NCBI GenBank assembly: GCA_964016885.1 | Contig: OZ024743.1 | Location: 270,816,001 to 270,880,000, forward strand | DNA length: 64,000 bases | Direction of reading: 5' to 3' | Origin: Eledone cirrhosa | Taxonomy: Eukaryota | Shown: positions 42,241 through 52,956 of the stretch, in pieces | Layout of the letters: every line of letters begins with the position of its first letter | How positions within the stretch are numbered: the first letter of the stretch is position 1 | Notes under the pieces: generated by a model | Told to the model about the DNA's origin: nothing | The model's input: the letters and a program-made list of their open reading frames with translations, nothing else | The model's database searches: none | Program-made: the position numbers and the translations under genes

Positions 42241-42530
42241 TGATGTTGATGCTGTTGTTGATGTTGTTGTTTTTGTTGCTGTTGTTGATGTTGTTGTTTT
42301 TGGTGTTGTTTTAGTTGATGTTGGTGTTGTTTTCCTTTTTCCTCATTAATTCTTCTTCTTCTTCTTCTTCTTCTTCTTCTTCTTCTTCTTCTTCTTCTTC
42401 TGCTTCTTCTTCTTCTTCTTCTTCTTCTTCTTCTTCTTCTTCTTCTTCTTCTTCTTCTTCTTCTTCTTCTTCTTCTTCTTCTTCTTCTTCTTCTTCATCA
42501 TCATCGTCGTCGTCATCATCATCATCATCT
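42241..42530. repeat. Degenerate (GTT)n, (TTC)n and (TCA)n microsatellites
   Basis: Directly visible. Confidence 0.9.
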
Positions 42531-42745
42531 ACCTACATGATATTTTAACTATTATTATTCAACATCATCATCTTCATAATCATTTTTTGTTGTTTAAATT
42601 TTTTTTGATATTTCTATCTTGTTATAACCATTTTTACACGGCCAAAACCCACTTTGTATCGTCCTGTACGGTTCTGTGCCGTCTGTAATATTTCTCTTCA
42701 TGTTAGCCCTTGTGGTCAATAAAGAAACCATTATTATTACGAAAG

Positions 42746-42939
42746 GGCGGTGGATTGGCAGTATCTGTAGAGAGTCGGACGCCATGCTTTGCAGCACAGA
42801 TACGTACCTTTACAGACTGAGTTCAAATCCCGCCAAGGTTAACTTTGCCTTTCATCCTTACCGGGTCGACAAAATAAAGGACCAGTAATACACTGGGATA
42901 ATTGCTGGCCTTGTGCCTAAAGTAGAAACAATTATTATT
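42746..42939 (+). mobile_element. tRNA-derived SINE, copy 1, with (ATT)n tail
   Basis: Head GGCGGTGGATTGGCAG (A-box-like), B-box GAGTTCAAATCC, tail AGTAGAAACAATTATTATT. Three further copies occur in the window. Confidence 0.85.
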
Positions 42940-43024
42940 GTTCTTTGAGTCTCAGTCATTGATGTTAGTTAACTGGAAAGTTTGTTGAAATGAATATCAA
43001 GCCACTACCTGCAGCCTCAGATAT

Positions 43025-46000
43025 TCAGGACGTATCGGAGCATGCCTTTTGAAGTGTTCCAAAAAGCGGGGCGGGGCCAATTTTCTTTAACCATCCCTGG
43101 AAACTTTTTGAGATAGTACCTAGTGCGCCTATGACAATCGGGACCACTTTGACTTCATGGCAGTTCCAAATCCTTTTTACCTCCCACTTTAAGTCCTGGT
43201 ATCGGTTAATTTTCTCCCTCTCCTTCTCTTGCACTCTCGTGTCGAATGGGCAGGCTACATCCACAATCAGGCACGATCTTTTTTCCTTGTCCAAAACCAC
43301 CAGGTCAGGTCTATTGTGTTCCAGTTTCTTGTCTGTCTGTATCCTAAAATCCCACAGCACCTTCACCTGATCGTTTTCTATCACCGACTCTGGCTTATGC
43401 TCATACCACTTCTCAGAATGTGGTAAATTGTTTACTTTGCATAGGTGCCAGTGGATCACCCTGCTCATCACATCGTGTCTCCAGCCTTTATAGTGAGTCT
43501 GGGATAGGTGTTTACACTCGGATACAATGTGAGCCACAGTATCCTCTCTCTCTCCACAGATCCTGCACAGTGGGCTAGCCTCCTCCTTGTAAATATGGTG
43601 TTTCACCCACTTAGTTTTGAGGGCCTGCTCTTGCGCAGCCATTATCATTCCTTCTGTAGCCTTTTTAAGGTCTCCTCTTCAGTTCCATGTCTGTGGATCT
43701 CTGAATTCCGTTTTCTCAAAGAAGGTACTATGAAGGGATTTTTCATGAAGGTTGCTCTTTCTCATTGTTGTTATTTCCTCCTTGGACATCCACTGGTCTA
43801 TTGTCCTCTCCTTCAGTACAATTCTGAGCATTGGCTCCTTACTATCGGTCACGTATTTGTGAAGGTTGTTTTTCTCCATCTGAACACAGTCATCTATGCT
43901 GATAAGACCTCTTCCACCTTCAGATCTCCTGAAGTAGAGTCTATCGACATCACTCCTCTTGTGGAACATGTTGTAGATAGTCAATAGCTTCCTAGTCTTC
44001 CTATCCATTTCTTTTTGTTCAGCAACATTCCATCTCAGAATTCCCGCACTGACCTAATAATAGATACAGCTCGGGAATTGACTGCACTTATGGCATTCCT
44101 ACTGTTCAGATGTGACTTTAATACGCTCCTTACTCTCCAAATGTATTCAGATCTTATCAATTCCTTCATTTTTTTGTTCTTGGTGTCATCAGCCTCCAGA
44201 ATACCTAAATACTTGTATCCTTCTTCAGTGTCAATTTCCTTTATCATCTCATCTGTTGGTACCTGGATTCCGTTGCTTCTGCTCAATTTACCCCCTCTTC
44301 ATCACAAGGACTCCACACTTACTAATACCAAATTGCATACATATATCATTGCTGAAAATACGGACAGTGTCAACAAACACATCCAACTCCTTCTCACTCT
44401 TCCCGAAGAGCTTAAGATCGTCCATGAAGAGGAGGTGATTGATGGTAAGCTCTCCCTTTCCCAACTTGTATCTTGCTCTCACTTTTCGCAGTATAATGGT
44501 CAGGGGCATCAGGGCAAGGACAAACAACAGAGGGGACAGACTATCTCCCTGGAAGATACCTCTCTTGATCTGCACGCCTCCCAAGGATTCCCCAGCTGAT
44601 GTTAACTCTGTTTTCCAGGACTTCATACTTTTACTCAACAACTGTCTGGTGTTATCTGCCACTTTGAAGATCTCTAGGCTTTTGGTGATCCAAGAATGAG
44701 GCACCATGTCAGATGCCTTTTTGTAGTCTATCCATCCCATGGAAAGACCAGTGTGTCTCCTCTTGCAATTCCTCATTACCATCTTATCAATAAGTAACTG
44801 GTCCTTTGTACCACGGAACTTCTTTCGGCATTCTTTCTGTCCGGTAACAAGTTGTTTGTGTGGAGGTGATGGTAGATTTCCTCAGACACAATGCTTGTCA
44901 ACAGTTTCCACATTACGGACAGGCATGTGATAGGTCTATAGTTGTTAACATGATTACCCTTGATTTGGTCTTTCATTACCAGAACTGTGGTACCTTTTGT
45001 CAACCACTCTGGTACCTCACCTGACATCAAGCAGTCATTGAACATGGTTGTCAGTTTCGGGTGGAGGGATGTTACATTTTTAATCCGATACCCCTGCATA
45101 CCATCTGGGCCTGGTGATTTCCAGTTGGTTAGTTTTTTGGCCTACCTCTTAAGAGTTTCAACTGTGATACTCAAATCAGTTTGTTGGTGTGCCTGTTCAC
45201 TAATCTCCATTTGTACTGTCTCAATCCACACTGCCTGGTCGTTATGTTTAACATCCTGCTCCCATATTCCTCTCCAGAATGTCTTAGTTTGTTCCGCCTC
45301 AGGGATCAAGTCGTTGCTTATTTCTTTCCCTTCAAGCTGTCCAAACAACATCTTCTGGTTGTTGTCAAACATGCGGTTCTGTCTATACTGACTGACTCTG
45401 TTCTCGTATCGCCTAATTTTTGTACTCTTTGCTACAATGCGTTGCTTCAGTTCCTCTATGATAATATTTGGCCTTTTCCTCCTAGTTTTGTACTTTATTT
45501 CCAGTCTATTTTTAGTGTCTATGTTTTTTAGTGTCCCATTCAGTAGGGACTCAAGCTTTCCAATGTCATTTCTCATTTCCCTGATTTGACCATTCAGTCG
45601 TTTCTTCCACCAAGGTTCTGATCTTTCTTGTTTGTTGTTTCCTCTCGCTTTTATGCCAAGTAATTTCCTCACCGCATTTGCTGTTGCTTTGAGGATATTG
45701 TTGCACTGGTGAAGGCTCCTCGCCTCAAGATATGGGATGACTTTGTTTGCCTTAGCTGTTGTTTCTTTTAACTTTTTCCTGTCTACAAATCTTAGGTTCA
45801 TAGGTCTCCCACTATCATTGCTCATTTCATCTACCACTAAGTTTAGGATATAAACCAAATCTTGTCCTAGCCCGTCAGCATTCATCTCCTCAGTGGCCGT
45901 ATCTCTGTTCCAGGTATTATTTATTTCAGCATTGGCGGTGGATTGGCAGTATCGGTAGAGGGTCGGACGCCATGCTTTCCAGCATAGTTACGTCCCTTTA

Positions 46001-46509
46001 CGATCTGAGTTCAAATCCTGCCGAGGTTAACTTTGCCTTTCATCCTTACGGGGTCGATAAAATAAAGTACCAGCAATGCACTGGGTAATTGCTGGCCTTG
46101 TGCCTAAAGTAGAAACAATTATTTATTTCAGCATTCAGATCATTGTCTGCTTCGGATGGTTCCTCCGTTCTCTCAACGTCTTCACCTTCATCTCCCACTG
46201 GCTCGTTTGCCTGACATACTCCACTCTCCATTTCCAAGCTAATCTCTCTGCTCAGTTCCTCCAGTTCCAGCTCGCTTATCCACCCATTAGTTCTTATTAC
46301 CCGAGCCTGCCCGGCCAATTTTTGTTCATCTAATTTAAATAGACCAATCTCGTTCCAGATGTTATGCCTTTTTCCTTGGGGTTACTCTTCAGGTAACATT
46401 GCATAACAGTTCTATTCAATTCTTTCGTCCAGTTAGTTCTGCTCCCTTTCCTTCTTCTTCCTCCGACACCAGCAGTATTTGGTTGACAGCCAGGTCCCTG
46501 CTGCTGAGC

Positions 46510-46512
<3 letters not shown>
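43025..46512 (-). pseudogene. Disrupted RT-RLE ORF of the R4/Dong-type element
   Basis: Pieces 46330-46512, 46136-46318, 45142-45885, 44776-45099, 44288-44782, 44035-44286, 43679-44008 and 43025-43648 assemble in order into one protein. Confidence 0.85.
45934..46117 (+). mobile_element. tRNA-derived SINE, copy 2, inserted in the Dong-like element with an 18-bp TSD
   Basis: Same family as copy 1. TSD ATTATTTATTTCAGCATT at 45916-45933 and 46118-46135. Confidence 0.92.
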
Positions 46513-46541
<29 letters not shown>

Positions 46542-46790
46542 GACTTCTTAATATTCTTTTTCTCATCATCTTTGTTTTCTTTTTCTTAATTCTTCATTTC
46601 TTAATTCATTTTCTTCTTCATATTTCTCTTTATCATCATCATCCTCATCATCTTCATCTTCATCTTCATCATCATCATCATCTTCTTCTTCTTCTTCTTC
46701 TTCTTCTTCTTCTTCTTCTTCTTCTTCTTCTTCTTCTTCTTCTTCTTCTTCTTCTTCTCCTCCTCCTCCTCCTCCTTCTTCTTTCTTTGT
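46511..46790. repeat. (ATT)10, then (TCA)n and (TTC)n microsatellites
   Basis: Directly visible. Confidence 0.9.
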
Positions 46791-47057
46791 TTCTTTATGT
46801 CTTTCTCCACCTCCTCATTCTCCTTCCACTTCATTCTTCTCTCCTCCTCCCTTTACTCCATCACTATCAGATTTACACACCAATTGTAGAGAAATCTCCC
46901 CAGAGTACCAAATCCATCGGAAACATTCCCAGAATTGTCAAATTATTTCCTCTCATAAGAGATTAGACATTTTTCCACACCTCTGTCTCTCTTTCATTCC
47001 CTTCCTCACTCTTTCTTTCTCTCTCTATATATATATATTACTCTCTCTCTCTCAGTC

Positions 47058-47290
47058 TCACATACACATAATACTACATACATACATACACATAATACTA
47101 CATACATACATACACATAATACTACATACATACATACATACACATAATACTACATACATACATATACATAATACTACATACATACATACACATAATACTA
47201 CATACATATACATAATACTACATACATACATACATACACATAATACCACATACATACATACACATAATACTAGATACATACATACACATA
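47058..47290. repeat. Minisatellite, about 20-24-bp unit (CATA)nCACATAATACTA
   Basis: About 10 tandem copies with variable CATA number. Confidence 0.85.
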
Positions 47291-47349
47291 CGCAAACATG
47301 AAGATTAAAGATAAAACATATTTTACACCACCTCCCTTATAACACACGT

Positions 47350-47506
47350 ATTATATGTATGTGTGTGTATTATATATATATATATTCTTCATATATATAT
47401 ATATACAAGTATAATATATATTCTTCATATATATATATTTATTTATTTATTTATTTACATACATATATATGATTATATGTATGTTTTGTGTATATATATA
47501 TATTAT

Positions 47507-47599
<93 letters not shown>

Positions 47600-47680
47600 A
47601 CATATATATATACATATATATACATACATATATATACATACACAAACACATATATACATACATATATTAGTATGTGTGTG
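47350..47680. repeat. (TA)n/(CA)n microsatellite cluster
   Basis: Directly visible. Confidence 0.9.
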
Positions 47681-48173
47681 TACTCTCCTACCTTCTTATT
47701 CTCAATATTGTGCATGCATAAGCGTGTGTACCCACGTGTTTTGTTCCTCTCATTTAATGTTGTTTTTGTGGCTGCTGCTGTTGTTGTTGTTGTTGTTGTT
47801 TAGTGCCTCGTTTTCCCGCCTTTAACCTATGTCCTGGTCGCCATCTTGTCTGTGACTGATAATATTTAAAACAAACGCAAATAAACAAAAAACAACTAAA
47901 GCAAAAATACAAACGAAACAAAAAATATATAACACCAGGCATAGTAAAGAAAAGAAAACGAACAAAAAAGACAACGATAACAAATATTAACAAAAAAAAA
48001 ACAAATAAGAAACATAATAAAGAAAAATAAAACAAGCCATAGTAAAAAAAAGTTTGTTTCTTCCATTTGAAAGTCGGCTGACATCTCAGGCACCTCAGTC
48101 AATTACATTAATCCTCTAGTGTTGAGCAACTCGTTAGTTTGCCGAAGGCTGAGGGCAACGAACTCAAACTACG

Positions 48174-48760
48174 ATGATGGTGGTAATGGTGGCGGCGGTG
48201 GTGGTGGTGGTGGTATTTGTGGGGGGAGGGGGGGGGTGATGGTTGCGTGGTGGTAGTGGTGGTATATGTGGTGGTGGTGGTGGTGGTGGTGGTGATGGTG
48301 GTGCGGCGGTGATGGTGATATTGGTGGTGGTGGTGGTGATGGTGGTGCGGCGGTGATGGTGGTATTGGTGGTGGTGGTGGTGGCGGTGGTGGTGGTGATG
48401 GCGCGGCGGTAATGGTGGTGTTGGTGGCTGTGGTGGTATATGTGGTGGGTGTTGTTGGCGGTGGTGGTGGTGGTAATGGTGGTGGTGATTGTGGTGGTGA
48501 TTGTGGGTGGTGGTGGTGGTGGTGGTGGTGGTGGTGGTGATGAGTGTGGATGTTGTTGTTGGTGGTGGTGATGGTGGTGATCATGGTGGTTGTTGGTGTT
48601 GTTGCCGTGGTGGTGATGGGGGTTGTGGTTGTTGTCGGTGTGGTGGTGGTGGTGGTGGTGGTTGTTGATGTTGGTGGTGTTGATGGTGTTGATGTTGTGG
48701 CGGTGGTGGTGGTGTTGTGGTGGCGTCGGTGGTGGTGGTGGCGGCGGGGTCGGTGGGGGT
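48174..48760. repeat. Degenerate (GGT)n/(GTT)n low-complexity tract
   Basis: Directly visible. Confidence 0.9.
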
Positions 48761-48927
48761 AGTTATGGTGCTCCTGTACTTCTCTCTTCTTCACAGTGTT
48801 TGGCAATGATGTCAATGAAATTGTTCACAGCCCAAGGATAGTTTTTTAGCATAAATGGCGCGAGAGAAAAGAAACAAGGTAAACAAATTAAAACAACAAC
48901 AACAACAGTGACGACGACAGAGACTAC

Positions 48928-49135
48928 AAGAAGAAGAAGAAGACGAAGAAGAAGAAGAAGAAGAAGAAGAAGAAGAAGAAGAAGAAGAAGAAGAAGAAGA
49001 AGAAGAAGAAGAAGAAGAAGAAGAAGAAAGAGAATGAAAGAAAGTGAAGAAAGAAAGAAAGAATGAAAGAATGAAAGAGAAAAAGTAAGAAGGAAAGAAA
49101 GAAGAAAAGGGAAAAAAAGAAAGAAGCAAATAAAG
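48928..49135. repeat. (GAA)n and purine-rich tract
   Basis: Directly visible. Confidence 0.9.
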
Positions 49136-49227
49136 AAAGCAAACGAATTTTGATTGTTACTTTTTTAAACATTGGTGCTTGTGATTAAGTTTTCTTATAT
49201 ATATATATATATATATATGCATGTATG

Positions 49228-49312
<85 letters not shown>

Positions 49313-49378
49313 CTACATCTACATATACATACAGGCATGTATGTATAATTGTATATATATATCTATGTATGTATATGT

Positions 49379-49429
<51 letters not shown>

Positions 49430-49430
<1 letters not shown>

Positions 49431-49629
49431 CAAAAGAATTGTGGTAAGGAACTAGATGGACTATAACGCACCAGAGTACTCAATACATAGGGTAGTAGAG
49501 TGGGAAATAGGAAAAAGTATGACCCCGACGGCAGAGCTCAAGCCGTTTCGACGGCTATTTCTGGACTACAATTAGTCCAGAAATAGCCGTCGAAACGGCT
49601 TGAGCTCTGCCGTCGGGGTCATACTTTTT

Positions 49630-49634
<5 letters not shown>
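49430..49634. mobile_element. Fold-back element 1 in (TA)n: perfect 62-bp inverted repeat plus unique extension; probable Penelope-like terminal fragment
   Basis: Arms 49507-49568 and 49573-49634 are exact reverse complements with a CAAT loop. About 77 bp of unique extension lies on the left. (TA)n on both sides. The Penelope-like assignment is inference. Confidence 0.7.
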
Positions 49635-49686
<52 letters not shown>

Positions 49687-49698
49687 ATATATATATAC

Positions 49699-49760
<62 letters not shown>

Positions 49761-49766
49761 CTATAT

Positions 49767-49892
<126 letters not shown>

Positions 49893-49989
49893 ATATATAT
49901 ATGTATATATATATATATGTACGCGCACACATACATACACATACACGCACATATATGTGTACACACACACACACACGGACGCTTACATA

Positions 49990-50025
<36 letters not shown>

Positions 50026-50464
50026 CACACCACACACATACGCGTGCGTATATAGAGTTATTTGCAGCCATGTTACATTATTTGTTTTTATTATCAAGAG
50101 TTTTCGTTCATGTTCCACTTTGCTCCTTAGTGTGTCTTTGCTGTTTGTTTCTTTTGTCTTCTTGTTTTCTCTTTAAACAGAAGCTTGATAAGATAATATG
50201 ATAATAATAAGAAGAAGAAAAATAATAATAATGATAATAACAATAACGCACATTTTCGCGCCAACACAAAGTGGTTATGAACTACGACGAACATAAAACA
50301 GAACGCACACACACAGACAAGCGCATACAAGCACACACATACAGACATATAGATAAACACACACCCACACACATTTACACAGGCATGCACAGTATATTTA
50401 TGTGTGTGTGTACTTATATATATATATACATATATATACACGTATTATATTTATTTATATATAC

Positions 50465-50534
<70 letters not shown>

Positions 50535-50548
50535 TATATGTATAAATA

Positions 50549-50602
<54 letters not shown>

Positions 50603-50729
50603 AAAGTTCTATTTAAATTGTTGGGATACAACAAGCAAATATTTTTATAACTGATATAAAGCACTCGACAAGTATTTGGAGTAGATATACGATATTAACA
50701 AATGGAAACTATATTTATAAAACCATATT

Positions 50730-50794
50730 TATTTCATTATACATATTTCAAGGATACCAAGTTAAATTATGGTATGCCTTCATCAGACAAAATA
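50730..50794 (-). ncRNA. Minimal type I hammerhead ribozyme (mirror copy)
   Basis: Exact reverse complement of 50939-51003 in the left arm (TTTC...TCATCAG on the + strand). Confidence 0.75.
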
Positions 50795-50938
50795 CAATAT
50801 ATACCAGTTTTATAAATAAACATTGACGTACCCTTTCAAAATGCAACCGTTACTTTTGGAAGACATCAGGATATGTCTTCCAAAAGTAACATTTTGAAAG
50901 GGTACGTCAATGTTTATTTATAAAACTGGTATATATTG

Positions 50939-51003
50939 TATTTTGTCTGATGAAGGCATACCATAATTTAACTTGGTATCCTTGAAATATGTATAATGAA
51001 ATA
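50939..51003 (+). ncRNA. Minimal type I hammerhead ribozyme
   Basis: Stem I TATTTTGT/ATGAAATA (2 GU pairs); core CTGATGA at 50947-50953; stem II AGGCATACCA/TGGTATCCTT (1 GU, 1 C-C); GAAA at 50984-50987; 2-bp stem III with ATGT loop; cleavage triplet AUA ending at 50995. Confidence 0.75.
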
Positions 51004-51215
51004 AATATGGTTTTATAAATATAGTTTCCATTTGTTAATATCGTATATATATATATATATATATGTGTATATATATATACACATACATATATATATACAT
51101 ATATATATGTGTATGTATGTATATATATATAGATAGATATAGATATATATATATATGTGTATAGATATATGAGTGTGTGTGCGTTTGTGTGTGTGTTTGT
51201 GTGTGTGTGTGTGTG

Positions 51216-51266
<51 letters not shown>

Positions 51267-51540
51267 AGGGAAAACTTTTTCTTCAAACATGTTTATATTG
51301 ACTACAAAACTGTATTTAAGTATCTTTATTTGTCTTTTTATTAATAATATTTTTATTTATCATATTTCCTTTTCAGTCCTCTATGCTCTAGAATAAATCT
51401 AAAGTACTAATAAAGGGAGGGGTCGAACACAATCATATTGACAAAACTGCAGGGGCTTTCTTGTGCCCCTCCCTCCTCCCCCCTCACACACACATCTCGC
51501 ACCAAAGAACTGTTGGAGATAGCCCTAGTTGATAAGTGCA

Positions 51541-51739
51541 GTGTGGTCATTCTACCTGCTAGAAATAACAGCCAATTATCCCTCAAATCACACACTATTG
51601 TCGGGAAAGTAGTGATAAACATATTCAATCTAGTCCTTGAATCCCACTGAAGATGGCAAAGTCATGGCTGGAATGAAAATGACCGGTCAATTATACGCCT
51701 ACATGATTAGAGTTGACATGGGACTAAACAAGAACAACA
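51541..51739 (+). repeat. Old interspersed repeat (SINE-like 3' part ending GGGACTAAACAAGAACAAC)
   Basis: A diverged second copy at about 52521-52685 shares TCATTC..CT.CTAGA.ATA.CA.CCAA, TCATG.CTG and TGAC.TGG blocks. CAA-type tail. Confidence 0.5.
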
Positions 51740-51805
51740 GGATTCTTGGGATAAAACAAAGCTAAAAAGCAAAACAGTGCAAACCGATTATTGTGATCAC
51801 GGCGG

Positions 51806-51990
51806 CAGACATGTCAACTCTCCCCGTCCGACGGGGAAATCTCCCAACCACTTTGGGTGGGTGAGAGATGTCTTCTCTAGTGAAAATGGGTAAAGCCTTC
51901 ATTATCTCCCTATTTTGCCTCATTTCTCCCCGTTTTGGGACACTTTTTCATTGTACTCCCCGTTTGGATTTTTAGATGTTAGCAGGTCTG
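51806..51990. mobile_element. Candidate MITE (non-autonomous DNA transposon)
   Basis: Imperfect 13-bp TIRs CAGACATGTCAAC ... GTTAGCAGGTCTG; repeated internal CTCCC motifs; no clear TSD. Confidence 0.5.
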
Positions 51991-52221
51991 CGACGAGTCG
52001 AAGATATGTCGCTAACAATTGCTAGCTGATAACATTAACCAAATAATGATTTTTAGACCGACTAAGTTTGATAACAATAACTAGTTGATATAATTATACG
52101 TGATTATAATAAGCAGCTTCAACTGTATATTATAAAACTGAATAATTTTTAAAGACCAAAAGAAAGGAAAGATCATTTGAAAATACGAACAAAAGAAAAA
52201 GCGAATAACGTTCGCCATCAT

Positions 52222-52361
52222 ATTGGCAGTATTGGTAGAGCGTCAAACACCATGCTTTGCAGCATAGAGTCATGTCCCTTTACGTTCTGAGTTCAAATCC
52301 CGCCGAGGTTAACTTTGCCTTTCATCCTTACGGGGTCGTGCCAAAAGTAGAGACAATTATT
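52222..52361 (+). mobile_element. tRNA-derived SINE, copy 3 (5'-clipped, internal deletion)
   Basis: ATTGGCAGTATTGGTAGAG...GAGTTCAAATCCCGCCGAGGTTAACTTTGCC...GTAGAGACAATTATT. Confidence 0.85.
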
Positions 52362-52520
52362 TGATCGAGGTAAGTTGTGGTTGTGGATAATCAGCAGTGA
52401 GAATGGCCGCTGTTGTTATTGTATCTAAGGCCAGGACACTTCAATATCAAATTTCTCAGTCTAATAAAACTGTAAATAGATGCTACAAGGTAGAGGACGA
52501 ACGAAGGAGAGAGGACTCTA

Positions 52521-52685
52521 TATGATCATTCGGACTACTAGAGATAGCATCCAAATCATACCCACTCGTCTTAGAAAACAGAAGACAACATTGGATACTA
52601 GATACGGTATGTCTGGATGTTCATGACTGAAACACCTTTCGCTATAAATCTATTTAATTAAAGGTGACCTGGAATAATTGAAACT
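52521..52685 (+). repeat. Diverged copy of the 51541-51739 repeat
   Basis: Colinear similarity seen by eye. Confidence 0.4.
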
Positions 52686-52956
52686 CCATTAACAAAATAT
52701 TCTTGAAAAGTTCAAAATATACCATGATTACATCGCATTAAAAATTTAAGTAATAAATGCTCAAATACTGCAAATTTTCTCAACGATCTGCCCACTAGTA
52801 AAAAGTTTCGAATTAACAAGCCTGTTTCGATATCTTTTGCTAAATCATTACAGGGTGTTAAGAATTAACAATTGACAAAAACCGCATCAACAACAACAAA
52901 TTTCCACTGAACAAAGCAGTGTAAAATAACCAAGTGGTTCGTTATCTTACAGTGAT

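Larger units (their letters stand above)
42940..46512 (-). mobile_element. Decayed R4/Dong-type non-LTR retrotransposon (single ORF, RT plus restriction-like endonuclease)
   Basis: ORF fragments give [80 protein letters not shown] and RPDLVVLD..IVDVACPFD. Several frameshifts, stops and deletions. (ATT)n on both sides. Confidence 0.88.
50620..51048. mobile_element. Fold-back element 2 in (TA)n: about 176-bp inverted repeat carrying hammerhead ribozymes; Penelope-like inverted pseudo-LTR
   Basis: Arms 50685-50866 (with a 6-bp extra GCAACC) and 50873-51048, loop CAGGAT. About 65 bp of unique extension on the left. (TA)n flanks. Confidence 0.8.

Noticed and set aside
42746-42830. tRNA gene
   Set aside because: A- and B-box-like motifs are present but I cannot fold a cloverleaf, and the sequence continues into a shared SINE body and tail in four copies.
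48108-48815. 235-aa His/Thr/Pro-rich ORF
   Set aside because: Mostly translation of degenerate (ACC)n, with a TTG start and no domain or clear splice signals. It cannot be fully excluded without RNA data.
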